Source: Salinivirgaceae bacterium (GTDB lineage Bacteria; Bacteroidota; Bacteroidia; Bacteroidales; SZUA-534). Taken from it: a stretch of 64,000 nt of DNA. Within the stretch, counting starts at the first letter, position 1, and each line of letters starts with the position of its first letter. A program made the translations under genes and the position numbers. Under the pieces are notes generated by a model, which was not told where the DNA came from, made no database searches, and was given only the letters and a program-made list of their open reading frames with translations. Positions 29,743 to 40,694 of the stretch are shown in pieces. Location of the stretch: the NCBI GenBank assembly GCA_024405635.1, contig JAKSOL010000001.1, forward strand, positions 128,001-192,000, written 5' to 3'.

Positions 29743-32700
29743 ATGAGAGATAAGGTTCTAAATGCGTTGATGCAATTGTTTGCGATAATTGTCGGACCTA
29801 GGTACGACAATCGCAAAGGCCGTAGCATTGTAGAGTCGTTCTTATATCAGCAAACTAACGATGGGGCTGTTCCTCAGTATCTTGAACTGTTTGCTGGCTT
29901 TTATGCACATTATCAGAAAAAATTAAATAACTCTGACAGCAATAAGGAGAAAAACTTGTCGCTGAATTCAGTTAAGGTTATTAAAATATGTACGCAGATA
30001 AACGGAGAACTTAACATCCGGCAAAAAACAATTGTGCTGGTAAAAATTCTTGAGTTTATCAACGTTGGCGACGAGGTTATGAGCCAAGAACTTGAATTTG
30101 CGCGTCTTGTTGCCGACATTTTCATGTTCACCGAAGAGAGTTTTTATTCAATCAAAGACTATGTTTTTTCTAAAGATGAGTTGCCAGTTTCGCCACAACT
30201 ATTGCTAATTGATGGTCAAAAGGCAACAACTCATCCCGATATTAGACATTGCTATCACGAAGGGCTTGAGGCCGAATTGTGGGTATATTACTTCAAACCT
30301 TCAAACATGTACCTAATTCGCAAGTTTGGCGAAGAAGATGTACTAATAAACGGACAAATTCTGCCAGAAGGTAGCGTGTTTGTTATTAGTCACGGTGCAT
30401 CATTGCGCAACTCACGCATAAAACCAATATACTATTCTGACATTGTAAACATTTACATGTCGGTTGAGAGTGGCAAACGAATTCAGTTTGTTGCAAAGGA
30501 TGTTGAGTATGAATTTAAAGGCGGCGTTAAGGGTCTTAATCCAATAAACATTTGCGAAAACTCGGGTACATTAGTTGGAATAATGGGCTCAAGCGGTTCA
30601 GGAAAAACCACATTGCTCAATGTTCTTAACGGTAATTCAGCGCCAAGCAAAGGCGTGGTTGCAATTAATGGCATCGACATCTTTGCCGAAAAAGAAAAAA
30701 TTGAAGGTATTATTGGCTATGTGTCGCAAGACGATTTGTTAATTGAAGAACTTACAGTTTTTCAAAACCTTTACTTTAGCGCAAAGCTATGTTTTAACGA
30801 CGTAAGCGAAAACCAATTGCGAGGCATGGTAAGCCGTGTGCTTAAAAGCGTTGGCTTGTTTGAAATCCGCGATTTGGTTGTGGGTAGCCCGTTGAATAAG
30901 AAAATTAGTGGCGGTCAACGTAAACGACTAAACATTGCACTTGAACTTATTCGCGAACCTGCAATTTTGTTCCTCGATGAGCCAACCTCTGGTCTATCAT
31001 CGCGCGACTCTGAAAATATTATGGACCTTTTGAAGAATCTGACCTTAAAAGGGAAATTGGTGTTTGTTGTTATTCACCAACCATCATCGGTCATCTTCAA
31101 AATGTTTGATAAACTTTATATACTTGACCGAGGCGGATACCTTATTTATAATGGGAACCCAGTAGAATCAATTGTTTATTTCAAAAATAAGGTAAGCCAA
31201 TCAAGTTGGAACGATAGCGAATGCCCAGTTTGTGGAAATGTTAATCCCGAACAAATATTCAACATCGTAGAATCGCAAGTGCTTGATGAATATGGTAACG
31301 TAACATCGAGCCGCCGAAAAGATCCAGAGATATGGTATAATTATTACCTAGAAGAACAAAAGGAACTACCTCCTGTTGAGGTGATGAAAATGCCGCTCCC
31401 TGAAACAACACAAAATAAACCTGGGCCTATTAAGCAGTTTTCGGTGTTTGTAATGCGCGATGTGCTTACTAAAATAAGTAACAAGCAATACTTATTCATT
31501 AATATTCTTGAGGCACCAATTTTGGCTTTCTTGTTGTCGTTCTTAATACGCTATTTTGTTGACAACGGCGGAGAGAAATACTATTTATTTAACAACCCCA
31601 ACTTACCAGTGTACATATTCATGTCGGTAATTGTGGCCATTTTTATAGGCTTGTCGGTAAGTGCAGAGGAGATAATAAAGGACCAAAAGATACTAAAACG
31701 CGAAAAGTTCCTTAACCTCAGTCGCGATAGCTATCTTTTTTCAAAACTTGCCATTTTGCTAACAATATCAGCAGTACAAGCCTTTTTGTTTGTTGTTATA
31801 GGCAATACAATTCTTGGTATTAGTGGCATGCTGTTCCATTATTGGTTTGCTTTGTTTTCGGCATGGTTCTTTGCTAGTGTAATGGGGCTTATTATTTCCG
31901 ATAGTTTTGACACAGTGGTTACTATCTACATTTTAATACCATTTTTAGTCATCCCACAACTGATATTCAGTGGCATTATAGTACCTTTTGATAAACTAAA
32001 TCCAACTATATCGTCGCCAAATAAAATACCATGGTATGGCGAAATTATTGCAGCTCGATGGGTATATGAGGGCTTGGCCGTATATCAGTTTAAAGAAAAT
32101 GCCTACGAACGCGATTTCTTTGAATACGATAAAGTGCTAAGCCAATGCGATTACAAGAAAAACTATTGGCTCAAAACAATCGAAAACAAAGTTGCTTATT
32201 GTCGTCGGAATTATAACGATCCTCATTGTCAAGTAAAAGTGAGTAGGGAGATGGAAGTTATTAGAAACGAAATGAACGATGTTGCCGATTTGGTAAACTA
32301 TTTTGGTTTCTCAAGTTTGGATAAACTATACCCCGCATTACTTAACGAACTTGTATTTGAAGACTTACTTGACGTTCTTTCTAAAATTAAGAGTTTCTAT
32401 ACACGGCAATATAATCATGTAAATTCGCAACGCGATGTAGCTATAAGTTCAAAGCAGCAAACTCCTTATGAGCGCGAAATGTTTTTGCAACTTAAGCGCA
32501 ACTGCGCAAACGAAAACCTTGAAGCTTTTGTGAGAAATTCAACTTCGTTTGTTCGCATTGTTGAACAAGACGGACATCTGTATCAAAAGTGCGATCCTAT
32601 TTTTATGGACTCAAAGCACTCGTTTATTAAAGCACATTTTTACGCACCTGCTAAAAACCTGTTAGGAGCACCTTTTTCAACCTATTGGGTTAATATGCTT

Positions 32701-32796
32701 GTATTGTGGTGCTTTACATTAGTGCAATTCTTTGTGCTTAAATTTAGATTGTTGCGAAAACTAATTGATGCAATTCCTTCAAAAGTGCATGCGTAA
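29743..32796 (+). CDS. ABCG-type (NBD-before-TMD) ABC exporter with N-terminal TerB-like/FHA-like extension
   Basis: GSSGSGKTT, ISGGQRKR, LFLDEPTSGL and VIHQP (ABCG-type H-loop), then ABC2-type TM helices and a large extracytoplasmic loop. The extension domain calls are inference. Confidence 0.85.
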   Translation: MRDKVLNALMQLFAIIVGPRYDNRKGRSIVESFLYQQTNDGAVPQYLELFAGFYAHYQKKLNNSDSNKEKNLSLNSVKVIKICTQINGELNIRQKTIVLVKILEFINVGDEVMSQELEFARLVADIFMFTEESFYSIKDYVFSKDELPVSPQLLLIDGQKATTHPDIRHCYHEGLEAELWVYYFKPSNMYLIRKFGEEDVLINGQILPEGSVFVISHGASLRNSRIKPIYYSDIVNIYMSVESGKRIQFVAKDVEYEFKGGVKGLNPINICENSGTLVGIMGSSGSGKTTLLNVLNGNSAPSKGVVAINGIDIFAEKEKIEGIIGYVSQDDLLIEELTVFQNLYFSAKLCFNDVSENQLRGMVSRVLKSVGLFEIRDLVVGSPLNKKISGGQRKRLNIALELIREPAILFLDEPTSGLSSRDSENIMDLLKNLTLKGKLVFVVIHQPSSVIFKMFDKLYILDRGGYLIYNGNPVESIVYFKNKVSQSSWNDSECPVCGNVNPEQIFNIVESQVLDEYGNVTSSRRKDPEIWYNYYLEEQKELPPVEVMKMPLPETTQNKPGPIKQFSVFVMRDVLTKISNKQYLFINILEAPILAFLLSFLIRYFVDNGGEKYYLFNNPNLPVYIFMSVIVAIFIGLSVSAEEIIKDQKILKREKFLNLSRDSYLFSKLAILLTISAVQAFLFVVIGNTILGISGMLFHYWFALFSAWFFASVMGLIISDSFDTVVTIYILIPFLVIPQLIFSGIIVPFDKLNPTISSPNKIPWYGEIIAARWVYEGLAVYQFKENAYERDFFEYDKVLSQCDYKKNYWLKTIENKVAYCRRNYNDPHCQVKVSREMEVIRNEMNDVADLVNYFGFSSLDKLYPALLNELVFEDLLDVLSKIKSFYTRQYNHVNSQRDVAISSKQQTPYEREMFLQLKRNCANENLEAFVRNSTSFVRIVEQDGHLYQKCDPIFMDSKHSFIKAHFYAPAKNLLGAPFSTYWVNMLVLWCFTLVQFFVLKFRLLRKLIDAIPSKVHA

Positions 32797-32922
32797 CAAT
32801 TTGCAATGTTGATTTTTGTCAAAAATTAACATTGCCTATTAAACTAGAATCTGACGTTTTATTTATTGTCAACATAATACAATTTATATGAGCAATTCTT
32901 ATATTGCATCATTAAACTTTTT

Positions 32923-33525
32923 ATGGATAGAAGTACAATTAGAATATTGTTGGGCGCTGCCTATTTTGTAGTTGCAGGTTTGGGGTTGATGTTCACAACA
33001 ACCTATACCGACCACTGCGAAATATTCTACTACACATGCTTTAGCAATATGTTTGGCATGATAATGATGACAATTGAATTGTGGCACGAACTCAATAGAA
33101 AAAAGCCATCGTTTTTTGTTGACCAAATGAATGTAAGCGTAGTGGTGATGGTTGTGATGTCGGCTTTAGCTTATGGTTTAATAATCTCAAAATATTCTTC
33201 AGTTGAATTTTGGAGCAATCCAACCGATATACTTTTGCATGTAATAGCGCCCGCCATAACAGTATTATTTGTGTTGTTAAGTGAGAACCGACAAGTTTCG
33301 TTTAAAACACTCAAGTACGTATTTTGGCCATCGGTAGTATATTTAGTCATATTATTATTGCGTTACATTATTGTAGGCGACGGTTGGCGTCCATATAAAT
33401 TCTTTCACTTTGAGCAACCTTGGATGATAGTCCTTTGGATAATAGTGTTTGCAATTGTATTTCTGCAACTTACACTAATGGTTATTTGGTTGCACTATGT
33501 TCGTTACGGAAAAAAGCAACGTTAA
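32923..33525 (+). CDS. Multi-pass membrane protein (Pr6Pr/FAR-17a-like)
   Basis: About 6 hydrophobic segments; YYTCFSN, LLHVIAP and PYKFF motifs. Confidence 0.65.
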   Translation: MDRSTIRILLGAAYFVVAGLGLMFTTTYTDHCEIFYYTCFSNMFGMIMMTIELWHELNRKKPSFFVDQMNVSVVVMVVMSALAYGLIISKYSSVEFWSNPTDILLHVIAPAITVLFVLLSENRQVSFKTLKYVFWPSVVYLVILLLRYIIVGDGWRPYKFFHFEQPWMIVLWIIVFAIVFLQLTLMVIWLHYVRYGKKQR

Positions 33526-33665
33526 AGTTGTGTTAATGTACTCTGTTTTTAGAGTATACAACTTTATGTTGAATATATTTGCATCAACAAATTCATGTCA
33601 CACTAATTAATAGGAGGAACTGCTTATAGAAAAATAATTACTCTGAACCTTAAAAAGTAGTAGTT

Positions 33666-34244
33666 ATGGAACGTCATAATCTTGCTGATTATGAGTTAAT
33701 CAAGCAGTACATTAGTGGTGATTCACAATGCCTTGAGGCATTAATTAATCGTCATAAAAATAAAGTTTATTCGTACATAGTAATGAATGTGCGAGATAGA
33801 GAATTGGCCGAAGATTTGTTTCAAGACACCTTTATAAAGGTTGTTAGGTCAATTGATAGCGGAACTTATACCGATGATGGTAAGTTTTTGCCGTGGGTTA
33901 TGCGCATAGCACATAACTTGGTAATAGATTATTACCGCAGAGCTAAACATATGCCAACAATAAGTACCGATGCACAAGAGTATAATCCAATTGATTTGAT
34001 GGGCGCTCGCGAAAGTTCGGCCGAAGACAAATTGGTAAGACGGCAACAAATAGCTGAACTAAAGCAATACATTCGACAGTTGCCATCGGAACAACGCGAC
34101 GTGGTGCTTTATCGTTGCGAGTACGATATGAGTTTTAAAGAAATAGCAGAATACACGGGAGTGAGCATAAATACCGCACTAGGTCGTATGCGCTATGCAA
34201 TAATCAACCTTAGAAAAATGATGAAGGTTGCAGTTGAGTTGTAA
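33666..34244 (+). CDS. ECF-type RNA polymerase sigma factor
   Basis: AEDLFQDTFIK, WVMRIAHNLVIDYYR (region 2) and SFKEIAEYTGVSINTALGRMRYA (region 4). Confidence 0.93.
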   Translation: MERHNLADYELIKQYISGDSQCLEALINRHKNKVYSYIVMNVRDRELAEDLFQDTFIKVVRSIDSGTYTDDGKFLPWVMRIAHNLVIDYYRRAKHMPTISTDAQEYNPIDLMGARESSAEDKLVRRQQIAELKQYIRQLPSEQRDVVLYRCEYDMSFKEIAEYTGVSINTALGRMRYAIINLRKMMKVAVEL

Positions 34245-34352
34245 AAATTATTGTTTAGATATTTTGTGTATATACTTCAACTGAACAGTTATTGGCACGC
34301 GGCGGTTGCGAAAAGCCTTGAGAGGGTAGCAAGAAACCATTATTTAGACAAA

Positions 34353-34659
34353 ATGAAACTAGAAAATATTAACAATATTGATGATTAGCAGTGTGTTAGG
34401 TGCTTTTTCATCATGTAAAGAAGATGAACAGTCTGTTCCTTTTAGAGTTGCTTTTCCTCCTAAATATTCTGTAGACATGGAAGGAGACAATAAGGGTAAG
34501 GTTTCAAGAAAAGAATCTTTTACAATTAATAGAATTGTGGATGGCAAAGAGAATGGGAAAGTTGCTGATGTAGTAGTTAACCAAACTGTAAAAAATGTAA
34601 TTCTTGTTAAACTAAAAACGGAGAACTTGATAGTTCTCCGTTTTTGCTTAATACTTTAA
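34353..34659 (+). pseudogene. Probable frameshifted/truncated lipoprotein remnant
   Basis: ATG 34353 closes after 11 codons. The +1 frame encodes KILTILMISSVLGAFSSC-KEDE (lipobox) and then runs through the neighbour's terminator. Confidence 0.4.
34614..34645. terminator. Bidirectional intrinsic terminator
   Basis: AAAAACGGAGAACT-TGAT-AGTTCTCCGTTTTT, perfect 14-bp stem. Confidence 0.85.
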
Positions 34660-35030
34660 AAAGGAAGGTCGTTTTCGGGTTGTGGTAAATCAGAAGTAGG
34701 CATTGGAGTTGGTTCGGTTGAAGGATTCCATGCGCTTGCATTGTTTTGAGCTTGAGCACCTGCTCGTTCAATCTTCCAAGGGCGTAGCGATGTGTACCAT
34801 TTGTCTTGATACTCGCGCGAGTTAACATCAAAGCTAACCTTAATTTCATCGCCAATTTGGAAGTTGTTTATGTTCACTTTGTCGCCCCAAATGGAGAAAC
34901 AAACATTGGTAGGGTATTGTCCTGCTATTTCAATAACAAAATCTTGGCGAAACCAATTTGTGCCGTTTTTGCCTTGACCAGTTGCCGCTGGCAAAATTTT
35001 TGTTAGTTTGCCTTCAAGTTCTAGTGTCAT
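34656..35030 (-). CDS. DUF3127 family protein (OB-fold, SSB-like acidic tail)
   Basis: YPTNVCFSIWGDK, SREYQDKWYT and the C-terminal NDLPF. Confidence 0.88.
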   Translation of the reverse strand: MTLELEGKLTKILPAATGQGKNGTNWFRQDFVIEIAGQYPTNVCFSIWGDKVNINNFQIGDEIKVSFDVNSREYQDKWYTSLRPWKIERAGAQAQNNASAWNPSTEPTPMPTSDLPQPENDLPF

Positions 35031-35118
35031 AATGTTTTGATTTATAAATATTTAATAATTTATTGCAATTGCGTTGCTTGTGGTTGAAAGGTATGCAGAA
35101 ATATGATTGTTAAAAAAC

Positions 35119-35150
35119 AAAAAATCCCGGCAGTATTCTGTCGGGATTTT
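35119..35150 (-). terminator. Intrinsic terminator of pfp
   Basis: AAAATCCCGGCAG...CTGTCGGGATTTT. Confidence 0.75.
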
Positions 35151-35176
35151 GTATTTTAAACTTTATTGGTGTTTAG

Positions 35177-36823
35177 TTATTCACCTTTTTCAAGTTTAAG
35201 AGTTTTTGTTGGTTGGTCGCAAACCTCGGTTGGACCGAAGTATTGGATAGGACCAGGATAAACAAACGCAGTTTCGATTGCCCACTCGTCGCGTTTTGAA
35301 GCAAAGTATTTGAATGGACCACCGTCAAGTTTAACCAAAGCTTTTTGGATAACTGGTTTCATTTTACCATTGCGTTTTTCCATGTTCATCATTGCGGTGA
35401 TTGGAATACCACCAGCTAACCATTGGTCAGCTGGTTTGGTTGTGTTGCGAATGCTTGACATGTAGCCAGTTTTGCCGCTACCAATCAACATTGATGCATT
35501 GTAGCCAAGTGAGTAGCAGTAGTCAGCATCAAAGTTTGAAGGAGCTGCGCAACGACCTTCGTAACCAAAGAAGTGGTGTTGTGTAGCAAATTTGCCAACA
35601 AACTTGCCATCTTTCTTCCATTCAGCAAGTTTTTTAGCAACCATGTCGGCCAAAAGTTGCTCAGTTTCAATAAGCGATACTTGTACGTTTCCGTGTGGGT
35701 CGCGTTCAAGAGCTAATTGGCGAGACACGCCAGTTGGAAGGCTTTTGAAAATTGCAGCGTTTTCTGCTGAAAGTTTTGAAACAACGTAGTCAATTTTTTT
35801 GTCGTCGGCAATGGTGTCAAACTCAGCTTGGTTAGCAGCCAACATGTCGTTAAGTTCAGCAATAAGTTTTTTGATTGCAGGAATGAACTCAATCAAACCT
35901 TCTGGAACCAAAACAATACCAAAGTTCAAGCCTTTTGCTGCGCGGTTTGCAACAGCTTGTGCAATGTAGGTTACAATGTCGTCAAGCGATTGGTTTTTAG
36001 CTTCAACTTCTTCACCAACGATGGTGATGTTTGGTTGTGTTTGCAATGCGCACTCAAGAGTAACGTGGCTTGCTGAGCGGCCCATCAATTTAATGAAGTG
36101 CCAGTATTTTTTAGCTGAGTTAGCATCGCGCTCAATGTTACCAATTACTTCAGAGTAAACTTTTGTAGCGGTATCAAAACCAAACGATGTTTCAATCATT
36201 TCGTTTTTCAAGTCACCGTCAATTGTTTTTGGGCAGCCAATTACTTGAACACCAGCTTTTTTAGCTAAGTAGTATTCGGCCAAAACGCAAGCGTTGGTAT
36301 TTGAGTCGTCACCACCGATAATTACGATAGCGTTGATGTTCAACTTTTTGCAAATTTCAAGGCCTTTGTCAAATTGCTCAACTTCTTCAAGTTTGGTACG
36401 ACCTGAACCGATGATGTCAAAACCACCAGTATTGCGGTATTCGTCAACAATTTCAGCGGTCAATTCTACGTATTTGTGATCAACCAAGCCTGAAGGGCCG
36501 CCCAAGAAACCATATAGTTTGCTGTTTGGGTTAATTTTTTTCAAGCCATCAAACAAACCTGAGATTACGTTGTGACCACCAGGAGCTTGACCACCTGAAA
36601 GGATAACACCAACGTTTACTGCTGGCATATTAACTTTTTCAGCTGAAGCCTCAAATGTTACCATTGGCATTCCGTAGGTGTTTGGGAATAGGTTTTTGAT
36701 GTCGTTTTGGTCGGCAACTGATTGAGTATCAGCTCCGTTTTTCAAAACTACATTACCTTTCAAAGCAGCTGGCAATTTTGGCTCGTAGGCTGCTCTTGCA
36801 ATTTGTAGTGAACTTTTTTTCAT
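35177..36823 (-). CDS. pfp: Pyrophosphate-dependent phosphofructokinase
   Basis: [15 protein letters not shown] (PPi-specific Asp), PKTIDGD and LMGRSASH. Confidence 0.96.
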   Translation of the reverse strand: MKKSSLQIARAAYEPKLPAALKGNVVLKNGADTQSVADQNDIKNLFPNTYGMPMVTFEASAEKVNMPAVNVGVILSGGQAPGGHNVISGLFDGLKKINPNSKLYGFLGGPSGLVDHKYVELTAEIVDEYRNTGGFDIIGSGRTKLEEVEQFDKGLEICKKLNINAIVIIGGDDSNTNACVLAEYYLAKKAGVQVIGCPKTIDGDLKNEMIETSFGFDTATKVYSEVIGNIERDANSAKKYWHFIKLMGRSASHVTLECALQTQPNITIVGEEVEAKNQSLDDIVTYIAQAVANRAAKGLNFGIVLVPEGLIEFIPAIKKLIAELNDMLAANQAEFDTIADDKKIDYVVSKLSAENAAIFKSLPTGVSRQLALERDPHGNVQVSLIETEQLLADMVAKKLAEWKKDGKFVGKFATQHHFFGYEGRCAAPSNFDADYCYSLGYNASMLIGSGKTGYMSSIRNTTKPADQWLAGGIPITAMMNMEKRNGKMKPVIQKALVKLDGGPFKYFASKRDEWAIETAFVYPGPIQYFGPTEVCDQPTKTLKLEKGE

Positions 36824-36956
36824 CTTATTTTTATTTAAAAGTGTTCAGTTTTTAGCGATTACAAAAGTAATTTTTTTGGAAGAATTAGCGCGTTGTGCAT
36901 GTCATAAGATATAAGCTGTTTTTCACAATGTGTTAAGCAGGTTTGCTTGGTTTGCA

Positions 36957-37715
36957 TTATATCAGAATGAGTTTTTGTGAAGGCTCGTGGCGGTATGTTG
37001 GAAGAACTTGAAATTGATCAAATTCGGCAAAAGCGGCTAGGGCTTTATCTATGGTATTGTTTTCGGCTGAAATGTGCGACAAAAATAGGTACCGTAATTT
37101 GTTTGTAGCGTTATTTCGCACAAAATCAGATGATTGTGTGTTTGAAAGATGCCCGCGGTGTGATGCAACTCGGTGTTTTAAGAATGCTGGGTAGGGTCCT
37201 TTCCAAAGCATTTCTTCGTCGTAATTTGATTCAAGAAATGCAGCGTTGCATAATGCGAAGTGGGTTGCAAGCGGTTGTTCGGCAATGCCAATGTCGGTCA
37301 TTACGCCAATGTTCATTCCGTTTATTTCAATGCGAAAACTACAAGGGCATGAAGCATCGTGACTTTTACTGAATGGATAAACTATCATGCTACCAATGTT
37401 GACTTCGGTGTCGTTTTCAAAAAACGAAACAATGTCGGGGCGGCGGTTTTTAAGAGTGTTGTTGAAAGTTTTTTTGTTGAAGAAAATTGGCCATTGCATT
37501 TTTTTGCAAGCAGCGTGGGCGCCTTGTACATGGTCGCAGTGCTCGTGTGTTATAAAAACTGCTCTCACTTTGTTTAGGTCAATGCAAGCTTTTTCGGCAC
37601 GTTCTTTAAGTGTGTTGAAATGAATGCCAAGGTCAATAAGAATGGCATCGTTCTCATTACCAATATAGTAGCAGTTTCCGTTGCTGCCTGATGCTAAAGC
37701 ACAAATTTCAACCAT
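36957..37715 (-). CDS. MBL-fold metallohydrolase (YycJ/WalJ-like)
   Basis: ASGSNGN, THEHCDH, SHDA, ESNYD, GHLSN and SHIS; ATG 37715 preferred. Confidence 0.9.
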   Translation of the reverse strand: MVEICALASGSNGNCYYIGNENDAILIDLGIHFNTLKERAEKACIDLNKVRAVFITHEHCDHVQGAHAACKKMQWPIFFNKKTFNNTLKNRRPDIVSFFENDTEVNIGSMIVYPFSKSHDASCPCSFRIEINGMNIGVMTDIGIAEQPLATHFALCNAAFLESNYDEEMLWKGPYPAFLKHRVASHRGHLSNTQSSDFVRNNATNKLRYLFLSHISAENNTIDKALAAFAEFDQFQVLPTYRHEPSQKLILI

Positions 37716-37728
37716 AGTGTGTGTTTGT

Positions 37729-39033
37729 TTACCAAAGCCAACCAATGTTTATGTAAAGGCCGTCGGTGCCGTCGCGTTTGTCAAGTGCTCGGCCATAGTC
37801 GATGGCAACTATAAAGTTGTTGTTGAATCCAATGTGCAGACCAATTCCAGCTGTGGTGTGCAGTTTTTCGCGGTCCGATTCAAATCCTGCCAATTTTATT
37901 TCTCGTTTTTTGTAGCACTGGGTTATTTGGCCTGCATCGGCAAAGGCAGAGGCTGCAAGGTATAAGTCTTGTCCTTTTATTTGGGTTACTAAAAATTTGT
38001 ATCGAGTTTCAATGTTTGCAATTGCGTAGCCGCAGCCAACTACTTTGTTGCGTAGCATGCCTCGCATGTTTTTGTTGGCGCCAAGTGCGTTGTACATGCA
38101 AGTTGCATCGTAATGAAATGGAAGCATATAAAACGGCATTTTACCGCCCAATAAAGTGTAGGCCGATGCTCGGTAGGTAAATACCAACCGTTGGTTTTGT
38201 GTGGCAAAGTATTGGCGCACAGTTGTTAACAACGATACGTAACTGCTAGTTCCTTTTGAAAATGAAGGTGCCCCGATTAAATAAAGTTCGTTCCACATAC
38301 CTTTTGTGGGAAAAGCTTCAACGTTGCGAGTGTCGTATATCACACCTGCTTGAAATTGATGAGTTTGGCCTCCGTCTTTTTCATTTTGACTTATGATTCC
38401 TGCATCAACATATTTTAGAAACAAGTTGGTTTGACAGGTTGCGGTTGGTAGGGTGTCGTTGGCATACTTGCCCTTGTTTAGTTTTTTTGTGTCGGGTGCT
38501 GCAATTTTTTGGTTGGTAAAAATGTAACCAGCATACCAATAAACAGGTGAACTGCCTATTTTGTTTCGCAAATTGGTCATCACTTGTAGCATTTTGCGCT
38601 CGTTGCGGTAGAATGCTCTGCTTATGTATAGCTCGTTGTCGTTGCTTTCAAAGTCGGAATTATAATAAGCTTGGTAGCCGTTAAATCCGTAAAAATTCAG
38701 AAGTTTTTCGGTTAGATAGTTGATGTCAACAAAAAAGCGAATGTTGCTGCCAATCAGCTTTTTGTCATCATAAATAAAGTGGTTTATGCCACTACCTTTA
38801 GTGGTGCGCGACATTTCGAGGTAAACCGACTTGGTATAGTCGGGCGAAAAAGAACCATCGCCGTAGTCGTAAATGTTACATAAAGCCCCGTATTTAAAAC
38901 CTTCGTCGGCATTGAAGGCAATGGCAGGCAAGGCTCCTCCAAATTGCCAACCAGTGCGTACCTTGTCGGCAGTTTGCGATGATGCGCAAGTTGTAATAAG
39001 TGTTATTGCGAGAGTAGTTAGTAATCGTTGCAT
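37729..39033 (-). CDS. Omp85/BamA-TamA family outer-membrane beta-barrel without POTRA domains
   Basis: Signal peptide, amphipathic strands, MRGML (VRGY-like loop) and terminal YINIGWLW. Confidence 0.75.
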   Translation of the reverse strand: MQRLLTTLAITLITTCASSQTADKVRTGWQFGGALPAIAFNADEGFKYGALCNIYDYGDGSFSPDYTKSVYLEMSRTTKGSGINHFIYDDKKLIGSNIRFFVDINYLTEKLLNFYGFNGYQAYYNSDFESNDNELYISRAFYRNERKMLQVMTNLRNKIGSSPVYWYAGYIFTNQKIAAPDTKKLNKGKYANDTLPTATCQTNLFLKYVDAGIISQNEKDGGQTHQFQAGVIYDTRNVEAFPTKGMWNELYLIGAPSFSKGTSSYVSLLTTVRQYFATQNQRLVFTYRASAYTLLGGKMPFYMLPFHYDATCMYNALGANKNMRGMLRNKVVGCGYAIANIETRYKFLVTQIKGQDLYLAASAFADAGQITQCYKKREIKLAGFESDREKLHTTAGIGLHIGFNNNFIVAIDYGRALDKRDGTDGLYINIGWLW

Positions 39034-39043
39034 GACGAGTTGA

Positions 39044-40573
39044 CTATTGCGGTCTGTTATTTAATTTGCTGTGTTTGCGACCGTAACCAAAGTAAATTAT
39101 AAAGCCGACTAACATCCAAATAATCAAACGAATCCATGTTGCTTTGGTCAAAAATAACATTTGCCCAAAACAAATAACGATACCTAAAATTGGAATTGCA
39201 GGAACCCAAGGAACGCGGAAAGGACGAGGAGCATCAGGCTCGGTTTTACGAAGAATGAGAACACCACCGCAAACTATGCAGAATGCAAGCAATGTGCCCA
39301 CTGATATAAGTTCGCTTAACATTCCAATGGAGAATGTTCCTGCAATGATAGCTGCCAATATGCATATTACAATTGTGCTTACGTATGGGGTTTTAAACCT
39401 ATGATGAACTCGGCTTAAAATAGGTGGCAACAATCCGTCTTTTGACATGGTGAAGAAGATGCGAGGTTGAGCCATGAGCATTACCAAAGCGCCAGAAGTG
39501 ATGCCGGCAACGGCTGCCAATTTAATTACAGGTCGTAGCCAAAACATTTTTTCGCCCATAGCATCAACAGCTACTGCAATTGGGTCGGCAACGTTCAAAA
39601 AACGGTAGCTAACAATGCCAGTAAGAACCATAGCCACAAGAATATACAGCACCGTTGCTACTCCTAACGAACCTAAAATACCCACTGGTAAATCTCGACT
39701 AGGTTGACGTGTTTCTTGAGCTGCAGTTGAAACAGCATCAAAACCAATATAGGCAAAGAATATAACAGCAGCACCACGAAATATGCCCGACCAACCATAT
39801 TCGCCAAATGAACCAGTATTTTCGGGGATAAAAGGTTGCCAGTTTTCTACCTTGATGAATGCAAATCCCACAATGGCAAACAACAATATTGCCGAAACTT
39901 TTACAATAACCATTGCGGCATTAAATGTTGCCGATTCGCGAACTCCAATAATCAACATAACCATAAGTATGGTTATAATTGCTACAGCAGGAAGGTTGAC
40001 GATAGCTGTTGTTTGTTCAAATGTATTTATGTCAAGCCCTTGACTTGCAATTAAATCCTCAATGCTTGGAGTGAGTTCGCGCCAACCCTCAACAGGCAAG
40101 TGAATAAGGTGAGTTCCTGTTGATGCGGTTAGTGCAGCTGGAATATCAATTCCAAAATCGTGCAAAAAACTAACCATGTATCCCGACCAACCAACGGAAA
40201 TTGCTGAGCCTGCAAACAAATATTCAAGAGTGATGTCCCAACCAATAATCCACGCAACAAGTTCGCCCAAAGTGGCATAGGCGTATGTGTATGCGCTACC
40301 CGAAATTGGGATCATTGATGCAAATTCGGCATAACACAAACCAGCAAAAGCACAAGCTATTCCACTGATTATGAACGATAAAAGAATGGCGGGGCCAGAA
40401 TACATGGCGGCAACCTGTCCACTTAAAACAAAAATTCCAGCACCAACAATGGCACCCACACCCAACATTACAAGATTTCGTCCAGTTAGTACACGTCGCA
40501 ATTCGCCTTGCCCGTTGCCGTGCACATCGCTAATTAACTGGTCAATAGGTTTTCGTCTGAATAGATTATTCAC
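39044..40573 (-). CDS. APC-family amino acid permease
   Basis: GVGAIVGAGIF, GSAYTY, FFAYIGFDAVSTAAQE; 12 or more TM segments. Confidence 0.93.
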   Translation of the reverse strand: MNNLFRRKPIDQLISDVHGNGQGELRRVLTGRNLVMLGVGAIVGAGIFVLSGQVAAMYSGPAILLSFIISGIACAFAGLCYAEFASMIPISGSAYTYAYATLGELVAWIIGWDITLEYLFAGSAISVGWSGYMVSFLHDFGIDIPAALTASTGTHLIHLPVEGWRELTPSIEDLIASQGLDINTFEQTTAIVNLPAVAIITILMVMLIIGVRESATFNAAMVIVKVSAILLFAIVGFAFIKVENWQPFIPENTGSFGEYGWSGIFRGAAVIFFAYIGFDAVSTAAQETRQPSRDLPVGILGSLGVATVLYILVAMVLTGIVSYRFLNVADPIAVAVDAMGEKMFWLRPVIKLAAVAGITSGALVMLMAQPRIFFTMSKDGLLPPILSRVHHRFKTPYVSTIVICILAAIIAGTFSIGMLSELISVGTLLAFCIVCGGVLILRKTEPDAPRPFRVPWVPAIPILGIVICFGQMLFLTKATWIRLIIWMLVGFIIYFGYGRKHSKLNNRPQ

Positions 40574-40694
40574 GTTTTTGATAATTTTTTGCCAAAGGTA
40601 AGATTAGTTAAAGAAGTTGAAAATTGGCCAAGGCTTAAAGTTTATTTTTACGTTCTAAAAAGTAGCAACTAAGCACTTGTTTTAAACTTGACAA

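Noticed and set aside
32802-32834. Near-perfect 15-bp inverted repeat after the ABC transporter
   Set aside because: AT-rich with no U-tract; most simply an mRNA 3' hairpin, and no second copy was seen to suggest a MITE.
34292-34340. GC-rich tract TTGGCACGCGGCGGTTGCGAAAAGCC... as a sigma54 promoter or riboswitch
   Set aside because: GG-to-GC spacing is 12 rather than 10, and I cannot match it to any aptamer consensus.
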